Program-made: the position numbers and the translations under genes
In this document: piece by piece, positions 26,559 through 39,366 of the stretch
Position numbering within the stretch: position 1 is the stretch's first letter
How the letters are laid out: each line of letters starts with the position of its first letter
NCBI GenBank assembly: GCA_048213135.1
Contig: PS015550.1
Span: 1-64,000 of the forward strand
DNA: 64,000 nucleotides
Reading direction: 5' to 3'
DNA from: Reclinomonas americana ATCC 50394
Lineage: Eukaryota
Notes under the pieces: model-generated
Told to the model about the DNA's origin: nothing
The model's input: only the letters and a program-made list of their open reading frames with translations
Databases searched by the model: none

Positions 26559-27269
26559 NNNNNNNNNNNNNNNNNNNNNNNNNNNNNNNNNNNNNNNNNN
26601 NNNNNNNNNNNNNNNNNNNNNNNNNNNNNNNNNNNNNNNNNNNNNNNNNNNNNNNNNNNNNNNNNNNNNNNNNNNNNNNNNNNNNNNNNNNNNNNNNNNN
26701 NNNNNNNNNNNNNNNNNNNNNNNNNNNNNNNNNNNNNNNNNNNNNNNNNNNNNNNNNNNNNNNNNNNNNNNNNNNNNNNNNNNNNNNNNNNNNNNNNNNN
26801 NNNNNNNNNNNNNNNNNNNNNNNNNNNNNNNNNNNNNNNNNNNNNNNNNNNNNNNNNNNNNNNNNNNNNNNNNNNNNNNNNNNNNNNNNNNNNNNNNNNN
26901 NNNNNNNNNNNNNNNNNNNNNNNNNNNNNNNNNNNNNNNNNNNNNNNNNNNNNNNNNNNNNNNNNNNNNNNNNNNNNNNNNNNNNNNNNNNNNNNNNNNN
27001 NNNNNNNNNNNNNNNNNNNNNNNNNNNNNNNNNNNNNNNNNNNNNNNNNNNNNNNNNNNNNNNNNNNNNNNNNNNNNNNNNNNNNNNNNNNNNNNNNNNN
27101 NNNNNNNNNNNNNNNNNNNNNNNNNNNNNNNNNNNNNNNNNNNNNNNNNNNNNNNNNNNNNNNNNNNNNNNNNNNNNNNNNNNNNNNNNNNNNNNNNNNN
27201 NNNNNNNNNNNNNNNNNNNNNNNNNNNNNNNNNNNNNNNNNNNNNNNNNNNNNNNNNNNNNNNNNNNNA

Positions 27270-30200
27270 GTGAAGCGGCAGTGGAATGTGAAGAGGAGGA
27301 GCCACGCAACATCGAATACCGACTGTCCCGCTGATCTCTTGACGACGGTGACGCCGTCGAAACTCTCCTCCACGAACCTACACGGAAAGGAGTGAGAAAT
27401 GGATCACACAGAAACAAGCGCGGTATTTGCTGGACGCACGCTTCCAGCGCGCCCTGGAACTCCACATCGCACGAAGTGGTCATCTTGAAGCCACCGCCCA
27501 GACGCTCCTTGAGCTGATGAGGTGACATGCGATGAGCTAAACCCGAGGCAAGCAGAGGAGTGAGCGAGAAACAGAGACACACCTGCGGCCCGTTGCCGAG
27601 ACATCGCAAACGACCCTGCGCCATGATGCCGACACGAGCTGCGAGAGAGAGAGAGAGGACGGTTAGTGGGATGAGGGGGGAAAGCGTCGCTAGCTGGGGA
27701 CGCAACTGCACAAGTGCTCGGCCTCCTCCATCGAGTGCGTGGTGCTGCGGAATGCGAGTGAGCGATCAGTGCACCACAGGAGGGGGACTTGTGTGAAGCA
27801 GGCAGACGCACAGCATAATGGCCTGCCCAGCTCGCTGGCATGCACGGATGGCGGACCACACTTGCTGCCGAGACGATGGATCCAAGCCCTGCAAGCAGGA
27901 TTGTCAGTCACTGAAAAGCTGCATGGACATCCACAGCGCGGTACGCACAGTTGTTGGCTCGTCGCACAGCATAATCTGTTGCACGCAAGGGTCAGATCGA
28001 TTACGACACAAGAAAACATCATCATCAGTCGCGCGCAACTTTCGGATTGCCAGTCATGCCGATGGCGACGCAGAGTCGTCGCTTCATACCGCCACTATAG
28101 TTCCGCGATAGCTTATTGCGAACTTCCCACAGATCCACACTTCGGAGTCGGTTAACAATTTCCACACCAAGTGCCGGCCCTGTGTTGTCGAGCACCAAAC
28201 ACATGAGGCTCGCACGACTGCGTGTCCCTGAAAGCACGACTGCAGACTCACCGTGATAGCCCTTTAGCCTCGCGAAAAAGGCAATATGCTCCTCTGCGGT
28301 CAGCGTCGGCCACAAGATATTGTGCTGCGCAGTGCGTGTGTGTGAGAAAAGGAGATATTTGCTGTCGCCCCTGGGGAGAGAAAAAACACAAGGCAAACCT
28401 GTGTGCACACGCCCAGCAGCTGGTAAATCTTGTCGGTTCCGCGCTTAATGTCGTGGCCGTTCATGAAAATGGCACCCGAGTCGGCAGGGAAGAGGCCGGC
28501 GATCATGTTGAGGAGAGTGGTCTTGCCGGCGCCGTTGTGGCCCAACAAACCAAAGCACTCGCCAGGCTTCACCTGCAGTGAAAAGTCGGTCACCGCCTGC
28601 CGATGTGCTCCCTGCGCGTGAGTCGATGACAGAGTGAGTGGAGAGATTAAAGGCAGCGTGCGCGCGAACCACAACCCCCGACGCAACCGAGTACTGCTTG
28701 CACACATCTCGCACTGTGATGCCGCGCCGAGATCGACGACTGTACGCCCGTTTTCTCTCATCGGCCACATCGATGGGCATCAGCGGCTCCTCGTCAATGG
28801 CCTGCTCCTCGACGTCGCTCTCAAAGGAACGCTGATACGGGAGAAAGGTGTAAATGCCACGCCTTGATTCGACGACCACTGGCAAGCGAGCACGCAACTG
28901 GCGAGAGCTGCGAAGGGGAGCTCGCTCGACTGGGAATGTCGTCGAGCTCCATGTCATCACCACTGTCTGAGTCCGCATCGTCGCCGTCGCAGCAGGAGCA
29001 GCAAAAGTCGCGAGAGCACAGGAAGCATGGATGTTTGGGGAGACCGACAGCGCCAAAAATCACCTGTGGAAATATTGTCATACGCCGGGGGGAAACTCAC
29101 AGCGATCCACGCGTCACGAACCTGCTCCGTGTACCAAGCGAGAATCAAGTACACCAGCGCCCACGCCCCCAGGTAGACGTACGTCGATCCGAGTCCAGAC
29201 GACCAAATGTCGCCCACTTGAATGCCGGTGGAGTAGTTTGCCGTGGCGCGGCTTAACCGGAGGAGTCCCCTGGTAACACAACGAGTAAGTGAGTAGCAAA
29301 TCCTCGCGTGGGCAGAGACAATCGACAAGAACTAAACGCACCGCACAAAAGCAAACGTCGGAATCATGCTGGTGACGAATTCAGCCGAGAATGGCGACGA
29401 TTCTTGTCGGGCGAGCCATGTCGAGTTGACCACCGTGGCCACCATCACGAGCGGCAGTAGAATCATGAAGCCCACCACTACAAAGAGAACACCGCTAATG
29501 TCAGTACCGCGCTCATTCGCTCTTTGTGATCACGTGTGCACTACGCACCAAAAGCGCTGTTCTGCGTCTGGAATAGTGTGGAGATGAAAAAACTAAAGGC
29601 GACCAGCGCCAGTCCCCACGCCAGAAACAGGATGACGTAGGCGGGGATGGAGTTCTGCGTGAAGAATCGGAACCGTAATACGCCGCCCATTGCCAGCAGA
29701 ATGACCAGCTGCAGCAGATAGAAGGTGTAGTCCCACAAGAAGCTGACGCTCCAATAGAGACTCGGTCTGAGTCCCATGAGGCGCATCAAGTAGCGAAGCT
29801 TGTGCTCCTTTTCTTGTGCCAATGTCTGTGGGCAGACGGGCAAGTGGTGAGAATCAACGCAAGCAATACAAGTAGCAGAGCGCACAACGCACCCCCATGA
29901 ACACCGGGAACAGCATGTGCAGAATCAAGGCCTGCGCGGTGAAGAAGAAAGGAGGTAAGAAGGGAGGAGCGTGGGGGTGATCGCGGGAGAAGGTGGCGCG
30001 CAACGTAGTAAAACACTTCGACGAATGCCACAATGTCGAACCGCGCGTCGTCGTCGGCATTCGTGGGGAACCGCTTCAGAGCTGTTGATGTGTGTGCGTC
30101 ACGAGTCAGCAAGCCTCAGATGCACACGTAAACACACGAGAAAGAGCTCCACGGAACTGGTCTTGAGCGAGCCTGACGAGTCCTTGGCCAGCTTGAACAT

Positions 30201-31435
30201 GGCATCGTCGAGCAGGTGTATCGTCGGCAGCACGTTGCTCACGTTGGCGTTGGCGAGAAACTGTGAGCTGACGTGCGAGTATGCGACACTGGAGTTGTAA
30301 AAGACGGTGTAGTCGAGCGCCGCAGTGATGCTGTTGACATCGTTGAACTGGAGGCCGAGAAGCGTCGACTGCGACGTCCCAAAGTTGGAGAAAAGCTGCG
30401 AGTCGACCGTGGCCTTGTCGGTGTAACTCGTCGACCGTGCCGTGACAGAGGTGCTGGCGGGCGCAAAACTGCGATACGCTTGAATCTGTCGAACGGGCAA
30501 GGATGAGCTCGAGCGCACAGATCACCATTGTCCACCACGAATGCGTGCACGCAACAGCCAGCTTCGTGAAATCCATGGCGCCCAGCAAGCCGAGCGACAC
30601 AGAGGGCGACGACGTGTAATCGAACGAGCCTACCGCCGTGGAGATCGATAATGGTGTCACCACCGGCACTTCGGGGGAGTACACAGGCGCCGTCGTTCGT
30701 GTATCGGTACGTGGTAAACTGCGCAGCAATCACCGTGAGCACGCGCGACTCTTTTCCCCCGCCCCCCTAGCTGCTACCACAACGGCGATCCGCAACTAGA
30801 GCGTCGACTTCTCCACCACTGGCGACGCGTTGCCATTGAAATCGGTCACCGACCGATTCATCAACAGTTGCGCACCAAACAACAGCAGCATCTGCACCGG
30901 CGGGGAGTGAGCACTTTCCTTGACACCCACGTCCATACACAACATACGCATTGTACGCACCAACAACACCGGCGTCAACAGGACGCACCAATTCGCACAT
31001 GTGGCCTGGTGCACGTTTGTCAGCACACAACGAATGACATACAGAGAGAAACACGACAACCCGCACACTCAACTCTCTTCTGTACATGCCAGCTCTTGGC
31101 CAACAAGGCAGCCACCTGCATCCGCGCACTGCCCGGCTTGACGTACTTTCTTCGGAGCAACTCATCGTTCTCCTGCTTCCCATCTTTGGCGTAGGCAATC
31201 GACGGCGCCACCGTCGACCGACCAAGCCCATCCGGCGTCGTCAACTGCACCGTCTCCTTGTACGCCGGTCGTAGTCTCCAATCGCCCTCGCGTCCGTGAC
31301 GCAAACGCTGCCGTTCATCCGCCGAGCTGCTCACCTCATCGTCGTCACTGCGCGAGGCCGTATTCGACGAGGGCGGATCGCGGAAATCAATCTCTGTCAA
31401 CGCCACTGCGCGTGGCGGTTGTACTGCTGACGCCC

Positions 31436-31466
<31 letters not shown>

Positions 31467-31721
31467 AGGTTGTGTGCTGAGTGGCGACAGTGCCAGCACT
31501 CCGCGACGACCGCGTGGTCGCAAGAATGCACTGTCTCCGCCTGCTGCTCCTGTTCCCTCAGCATTCATCGGTTCTTGATGGTAGGTGACGATTGGTGGAG
31601 GCGAGGTGGACGAGGAGGAGGAGTTGCTGTCGCCACGTCGACGGCTGAATCGGCGAGAAAAGTGTGCAACGAGAGGACTGGGCGGAGGCGATGAAGGTGG
31701 AGGTGGAGGTGGCGAAGACAT
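27270..31721 (-). CDS. Half-size ABC transporter, subfamily A, copy 1 (3' end in gap)
   Basis: [53 protein letters not shown]. Confidence 0.9.
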
Positions 31722-32100
31722 GTAAGGATCCTCCCTGCGCTTCCTTGCTCACTTGCTCACACGCACGCACACCCTGCAGATGTGTGTGTGTCTGTGTGTG
31801 GTGTGGGTGTGGGTGTGCGTCGCGGATGCGTCTCAGGTGTGATGTTGTTTTGGTCGGTTGGAGGTTCGGACATTTTCCTTTGGCAGAAACCGGACAGAGG
31901 TTCGATATGTGGCGAAGGGAAAGGTTTGGGAGAGCGGGCAAGTGTGTGTTCATATTGCAGAGGAGGAGAGAGTGTGTGTGCGCGCACGCATCCCCAGCTG
32001 TGATCTGACGAGAAATGTGTCGTGTCCGGATGTTGCATGATTTTCCCACACTTTCCTTTGCAACACACACACAAGGGATTCATTGTGACTCTTGCAAGCT

Positions 32101-35100
32101 CTAAAATGTGCGGCCCGTCACCATGCCGACATTCAAAAATACGTCTTCGAGAGCTGCAATGCGGGGAGGGAAAAAAAAGTCAGTCAGCGTGCGTGTGCTC
32201 GGCGGACGGTGGTGCGCGCCACACGCAACTTGTCTCGGTGAGGCCCCAGTCGCGAATGTTCAAGTCTGCGCGTCTCGACTCCATGGTCTCGAATACGTGC
32301 GCCAGCTGCGAACGATGTACGGGGAACTGTGCACGGCGTGTGAGCGAGGCATGACGAAGAGCGGCGGCGGCGGAGGAGATGGCGCAACGGAGAAGATGCT
32401 TTGACCGGCCGAGCGCTTCATGAGCTGCGAGCCGGGGAACGTGGTCTGCACAAACCTGCGCGTGCGACACAGTATGTGGGCAGTGAGAATTGTACGCACA
32501 TGCACGCTTGTGATGTGAGCGACGCAACTCCTCCAGCGCCGACTGCTGGTTAATGTCGCCACACGAGGTGGTCATCTTGTAGCCGTTGCCGTAGCGCTCC
32601 TTGAGCTGTGTGCACGCGAATGGAGAACAAAGTGAGCGCGAAGTGAGGAGAGGGAGATAGAAAGGGGAGGCGTGTTACCTGCGCCGAGTGGCCGACACAG
32701 CGGAGGCGACTCTCGGCCATGATGCCAATGCGATCTGCACGAGGAGTGTTGAGTCAGGCGCGGCACGTTTATGAAGAGGGGCAAGTGTAATTAACAACGC
32801 ACTGCACAGGGTCTCTGCTTCCTCCATGGAGTGCGTGGTGCTGCAGTGGAGTATCACGCAAGTCAGTCTCCACCACAATAATGCGTGGTTGTCATGCAGA
32901 CGCACAGAATAATTGCGCGACCGGCTTGCTGCGACTCTTTGAGGGCTTTCCATACTTGTTGTCTGCTGTATGGATCCAGGCCCTGCGCGCAGAGTGTGGA
33001 GGAGTGAGCGACGGAAGGATTCGAGACGCACAGGAATGAGGAGACGCACCGTCGTCGGCTCGTCGCACAATTGAACCTGAATTTTGACAGGAGACATGGT
33101 GAGAGACTGAGAGGACACGAGCAGCTGCGACACTTGTACCCTCTTACCTTCGGGTTGCCCGACATGCTGATCGCCACCGACAGGCGGCGCCGCATACCCC
33201 CACTGTATTGGCGTGAGAGTTTGTTGCGGGCGTCCCACAGGTCGACACTGCGCAGGCGATCGGCCACCTCGTTGTCCACGTCGGAACCTGTGGAGCAAGT
33301 TAGTGACGTGGCGGCTCGATGGGGCAGTCGCCGCACGCACCTTGAAGGCCCTTGAGGCGCGCAAAAAAGGCAATATGCTCGGCGCCGGTGAGCGTCGGCC
33401 ACAAGATGTCGTACTGAGTGAGAGAGAGAGAGGTGTGAGATGCGCCACTGGTGTGCAATGTGGATAAAGGAACATACCTGAGTGCACACACCGAGCACTT
33501 GATACACATGATCCATGTGCACGCCTACTCTGTGACCGTCGAGCAATGCCGAGCCCGAATCGCCGGCGAATTCGCCAGCAACGATGCTGATAAGCGTCGT
33601 CTTGCCAGCGCCATTGTGACCCAGCAGACTGCGGGAGAGTGACTGGTGAGTATGTAGATAGGCACGTGTGCATTTTTCGTGACCGCGCACCCAAAGCACT
33701 CTCCCTGCGCACAAATAACACGAGTCAAAATACAAGATACACAATTATTTCATCAACTGGCAGCGACGCACCGGCTCCACATGCAGGGCGACGTTGGTGA
33801 CTGCCGGATGGGATGCGCCCGGGTACGTCTTACAGACGTCGCGCACGCTGATGCCACGATGTGAGCACATGCGGTCGAATGCGCGTCGGCGTTCCTCGAT
33901 CACGTCGGCACCCTCTCTCGGCTGACCGCGGTGTTCCAGGTCGTCACTCGGTGGCTGGCGAGGACATTTAGGAGATACAGCATAAGTGAGTAGATGTGGG
34001 AATGAACACAACTGCATTCAGCGGCATCATGCGGTGCTGCGACGCGGCCAGATCGCGCATCTCCATGGCCTCGTCGTCGGAATCGTCGACGCGAACACCC
34101 TTGTCACAGCAACAGCACCAGCAGGAGCGGCAAAAGTCCTTCTTGCACATGAAGCAGGCCGATCTTGGCAGGCCGGCGCCCGTCGGGAACACCTGTGGGC
34201 GCGCAGGACGATGAGCAATCCGAAGATGGACGGGATTTCAGTGACACACGCACACACGCGCGCGCATACCTGCTCCATGTACCACGTGAGGACGAGGTAA
34301 ATAATGGACCACACCAGGAGGTAGCCGTAGACTGCGGCCAGACCCGACGACCCAATCTGACCGCGCTTGATTCCCGGACCAAAGTTCTCGGTCTCGCCGT
34401 TCAGGCGCTGCAGACCACTGTGTGGACGAACGGAGGGACGCGGTGAGGGCGCAAGTTAATGCGGTCAAACACGAGGTAAACTCGCCGCACCGAATGAATG
34501 CAAACGTGGGAATGATGCTGGTGAAGAACTCGGCGTAGAATGGCGACGTGGAGGGGTTGTTGAGGAAGGTGTCGTTGACAATCGTGGCCACCAGCACCAG
34601 GGGCAGCAGGATAATGTAGCCCACCACTGCGCACACACACACACGCACAAGTGGGATGAGCGCGAGCTGCAGAGAAACACCGGCTCTGCGCCACACTTAC
34701 CGAGTGCGGTGTACTGCTTTCTGAAAAACGTGGACACGAAGAAACTGAAGGAGACCAGCGCCAAGCCCCAGAATATAAAGAGTAATATATAGCTGATGGC
34801 GATGTTCTGCGTGAAGAAGCGGAAGCGCAGGATGCCGCCGACCAGCATGAGCAGGAACGCTTGCAGGAGGTAAAACACGAAATCCCAGCCAAAGCTGACA
34901 GCCCAGTAGATGAACGGCCGCAGGCCCATCAGGCGCATAATGTACCGCAGTCGATGTTCGCGCTCTTGAGCGAGCGTCTGCACAGCACGTGTGAGAGCTA
35001 AGACAGGAGAGGGTGTGGGATGTGGAAGAGGAGGGACGCACCGCCATGAACACGGGAAACAGGAGGTGCATGATCAGGGCCTGGTATGTAAGACGGGTGG

Positions 35101-37258
35101 GGTGAGAGAAGCAAGATTGTGGCTGGGTCGTTGCGAAAGGAAGCGCAACGTAGTAAAAGACTTCGACAAAGCTGACAATGTCGAACTTGAAGGTGTCGGT
35201 GGAGTCGGTGGGAAACCGACGGAGCTCTGCTTCCGGCAACAACGAGGCACGAGTTAGAAAGACCTGAGAGGCGGGGAGAGAGAAAGACAAGAGAAGACAG
35301 GAGAACAAGAGAAGAGAGATGATAGGAGAGAGAAGAGACGAGAGAAAACGCTGCTCTCTCCCCTCCCTGTCTCTTATATCTCACGAAAAGAAGAGAGAGA
35401 GAGAAGAAGCGATACCTTTCCCGCTTCCTCGCTTTCCTCCCTCTTCTCTTCCCCCTTCCCTGTCTATCTCTCTGTATATCTTCCAAGAAGCATGCGAAGA
35501 GATGAGAGAGAGAGAAAGAGAGTGGCCTTCTTACTTTCGGTCATTCTTCTGCTCTCTTCCCCCCCCCCCCCCCCAGTCTCTTATATCTCGCACGAAGCCA
35601 CGAAGAGATGAGGGTGAGCGTGCGAGCGATGCCTTTTCCGCTTCCTCAGCTCTTCCCTCCTGTTTGCTCTTTCTTCCCTCCTGTTTGCTCTTTCTTCTGC
35701 TCTCTTCTGCCCCTGCCTCTTGCACAAAGCACGCGAAGAGGTGAGAGAGAACGCACCATTCCCTCTTCTTTGCCCCCTTCCCTCATTCGCTCTTCCTTCT
35801 GCTCTCTTCTACCCCTGCCTCTCGCACAAAGCACGAGCAGAGGTGAAAGAGAACGCACTATTCCCTCTTCCTCACCCTCTTCCCTCTTCTTCCTCGTGAC
35901 TTCATGCGAGACACAGAGTTATAAGGAGAGAAGAGAGCAGAAGAAAGACCGAAAGTGAGAGAGAGAGAGAGAAAGAGTTGTTTTCCTCGTCTTCGTCTTC
36001 CCTTGCTCTCTTCCATCTTCCCTCTCTGTCTCTCTGCATGTCACGGACGACGCAATGCGAAGAGAGAGAAAACCTTGCCTTTCCTCTTCCCCCTTCCCCC
36101 TTCCCCTTTCCCCTTCCCCCTTCTCCCCCTTTCCCCTTTCCCTTCCCCCTTCCCCTTTCCCTTCCCCCTTTCCCCTTCCCCCTCTCCACGCAACTCGTGG
36201 TGAGCGACGCTCCATAGACATTGCTGGAGGTCTTGGCGGCCGTGAACACGGCATTATCCATGAGCTGCGATACCGCAATCACATTGCTGACGTTGAGGTT
36301 GGCGATGAACTGCGTATTCCGCGACACGTAGCCGACACTGGAGTTGTAGTAGGCCGTGTAGTCGAGGTAGCCGTTGGTGGCATCGAGGTCGTTGATCGCG
36401 ATTCCATACAGCACCGACTGCGTCGTGCCAAAACGACTAAACAAGACCTGATCCATCGCGCTCTTGTCGGTCACCGGCGTCATGCGGAACGACGGCGGAC
36501 TCGGCAGCCGATTGTTGGTGCGCTGCGTCCAGAACTGTCGCGACACACACACATATCAACACACACAGAGCACGCAGCGAGGATTCCTCTCTCTCGCGCA
36601 GCGCAGCGCAACTGCGACTTTGGTAAAGTCAAACGACCCGAGCAACCCGCTGACCATGGGTGTCGATGTGGTGTAATCCAGTGTGCCCAACACCGGTGCC
36701 AGTGACGATGGTGCAGTGTAGGGCGCCGTTGGTCCATAAGAGCCCGAGCGAGGCAGACTGTTTGCCCAATGGAGCACCCTGTCAGTCTCAATAACGTGCG
36801 CGTTGTTCGCCGCCAATCCCCAACACACACGCAACTATACAGTGGGTTTCTCGAGAGGCTGATTGGTCTCGGGGGTTCCCGAGCTGAGGAAGGAGTTGAC
36901 GAGGAGCTGCGCGCCAAACAGCAGCAGCAGGAGCACAACGGGCGTCACAAAGACGCAGCAGGTGGTGCATGGTGACTGCGGCAATCAATCAATGCGTGAG
37001 TGATGTGTGTGAGAGAGAGAGTGTGTGTGTGTGTGCATGCGTAACTCTCTTTTGCACGTGCCAGCTCTTGATGATCATGGCGCGGATCTGTGCACCATTG
37101 TTGGGTCGCGCAGTCACGCCTGGGCGCAGTTGTGGTGGTGGTGTGTATGGTGGTGGTGGTGCGCCCTTGTCACCACTGTTGGTGTGTGGCAGAGAGGAGA
37201 AGGAAGGAGGAGCGGCGGCAGAGGCCGAGGCCGCTGGAGGCGGCGGTGGCGCCTGCAT
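32101..37258 (-). CDS. Half-size ABC transporter, subfamily A, copy 2
   Basis: Tandem paralog of copy 1: EREHRLRYIMRLMGL, GHNGAGKTT, YSGGMRRRLSVA, TTLEDVFL; stop at 32101-32103. Confidence 0.9.
35265..36193. repeat. Expanded intron made of AG/CT microsatellite, ~100-bp-period direct repeats and a (CCCCTT)n tract
   Basis: Near-identical ~75-nt units at ~35693-35768 and ~35796-35870; CCCCTT tract ~36085-36183. Confidence 0.75.
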
Positions 37259-37686
37259 GAATGGTGGATCGGTCGCCCGTCGGTCGGCGAAAGGCTCGCG
37301 CTCTGTCCGCTCGTGACCCGCGTTGCGTCGCGGCGCGGTCTCTCATTGGTATCTGCTGAGGCGCAATTCGCCTGCCAGCTGCCTTGTGCTTGGTGTGTGA
37401 TGCAGGTCGGCGTGGGTGTGTGGCTGTGGCGAGGCGCGGCTGTGTGAGCTCTTGATGCCGCGTTTTTTTCCGCGCGCATATCGAAGCTGATATTGTCCAC
37501 TTTAGTGCCCCGCTGCGCTGCTGCAGCTGTTGCAGCAGGCCACATCAGCAGCGGCGCCGTATGAAAATCTCAATAGGATAGCGGCAGCGCATTGGGCAAA
37601 CAACTGTGAGCCAGTCAAACACGCGAACGCTGCGGGGTGTCCTCTCGTCCCCCAGTTGCTGCGACACATCGTTCGTTTACACATGC

Positions 37687-38619
37687 ATGCGCATGGCTGC
37701 CGCCTCATTTCGCAAGAGGGCACCGTCGGCGAGTGCAGTCGACGCCTCCCCTCACCGAGTTGCCATTGAGATGCCTGAGGAACTCCGTGGAGAAGCTCCT
37801 CCGATTGAGCGAGAGAGATGGCTTTGGCATGAGGGTCGTCCGTGGCCGCAGTCAACGCCCGCTGGCGAGTTTCGCCCTGTGTGTGTCAATGCTGTCACAG
37901 GTACGTCTCCTTGTCTCATCCGGTCGTGTGCGAATCAGCTGCTGAGAGCACACGCTCCCACAGACTCTCTCGAAGAAGACTTGGAGTGCGCTGTGTTGAT
38001 TCGCATTGCGTCCTCGCGTGGTGGCGGCAGCGACGAGCAGCAGATGTGGGTTTATGATCGAAACATCGCCTGCGAGGTTTTCGTGGCGATGGCGTTGTAT
38101 GTGCTGGAAAGCAAGTCACCACCACTGCGGCTGGAAGCTTGCAATCTGCGCCATCCGACTGATCGTTCTCTGGTATGTGCGCGGTTGCTCTACCCCCGCA
38201 CAGTGTCCGAAGACGACATGCGAGACGCTGTCTCGGAGGTTCTGCGGAGACATGATGCCTGTCGCGAAAACGGCAACTGTTCGTTGCTGTTCCTCTCTGC
38301 TGAGGAGTCTTTCAACGGCGTCTCCGTTGCACGGTACTCGATGGATTGGTGGAGAGTCGTACGAACGTCGTCTGCTCGGACTGCAGTGCACGACGTCGGC
38401 AAGTCGGCTGCGGAAGAAGACGATCCTTCTTGGTCCACCTGCATTCCTGGCGACCTTGACGTTGACGATGCCAGCCGTAATGCCGATCCACGTATGTTCA
38501 GCCACTGCGACCTTGCCATGCTCGGCCTTCGTCCCGCGCACCCTGCGTGGTGCGTTGATCATAAGGATCAGCGGTACACGTTGGCCACCCTGCAGTCACC
38601 GGTGCCAGTCGACCTGTAA
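37687..38619 (+). CDS. Hypothetical protein (orphan; probable in-frame 63-nt intron 37901-37963)
   Basis: ~310-codon open frame of ordinary composition; no family recognised; start uncertain. Confidence 0.45.
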   Translation: MRMAAASFRKRAPSASAVDASPHRVAIEMPEELRGEAPPIERERWLWHEGRPWPQSTPAGEFRPVCVNAVTGTSPCLIRSCANQLLRAHAPTDSLEEDLECAVLIRIASSRGGGSDEQQMWVYDRNIACEVFVAMALYVLESKSPPLRLEACNLRHPTDRSLVCARLLYPRTVSEDDMRDAVSEVLRRHDACRENGNCSLLFLSAEESFNGVSVARYSMDWWRVVRTSSARTAVHDVGKSAAEEDDPSWSTCIPGDLDVDDASRNADPRMFSHCDLAMLGLRPAHPAWCVDHKDQRYTLATLQSPVPVDL

Positions 38620-38647
38620 TCCGGAGGAAGCTTGGCGATATCAGGAA

Positions 38648-38728
38648 ACAACAATAACAACAACAATAACAACAACAACAACAACAGCAGCAGCAACACC
38701 ATCACCACCACCAACAACAACAGCAAAC
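38648..38728. repeat. (AAC/AAT/CAG/CAC)n trinucleotide microsatellite
   Basis: Visible imperfect AAC run. Confidence 0.85.
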
Positions 38729-39366
38729 ACTCGTAAGTGAGTCATACAAGAATGTGTATCGATACAATGATAAGTCATGTGCTCATCAACTCCCACTGCA
38801 TCGACTTTCTGCACGCAGAGTCGTTGCGATGCAATCGTGATACAGAGAGAGACGCAGCGGTTCTCTGCTTTGGCTCTCACAAGCAGGCACGCGCTCCGCC
38901 CACTGCAGTGAGTTCCACAATTGATTACAAATTAGTTTGTACTTTTGTAGCGCAGCGTGTTCAGAAACTCCAACACACTCTCCCTTCCTCACTTCCTCCC
39001 CCCCTCACTCCCCTCCCCCAAGTGGCGCATGATGTCGACCAACAGCACTCGTCGCTGACGCATTCAATGCAATGCATGCAAGAGCGAGTCGTTAAACTTC
39101 ATTTCAAATGCACTAAACTCCTCTCCCTTTCTCCCTCACACTCCCTCCTTCCTCCCTCTCTCACACACACACACGCTGCGCTCAGCGGCAGCAGCACGAC
39201 TGGCAGTCGGGATGCCCAGTGCAGCACGCAACGCACCAGCACAGCAGCCACACCGGCACAAAGAATNNNNNNNNNNNNNNNNNNNNAAGGGGGAAAGGCG
39301 GAAGCGCTCGCGGGAGTTGTTGTTTTTCCGTTGATGTATGTATTACTCATCATTGTATTGTCGTCG

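Noticed and set aside
38740-39266. Possible small minus-strand membrane-protein exons next to a gap
   Set aside because: Could not assemble a consistent spliced frame.
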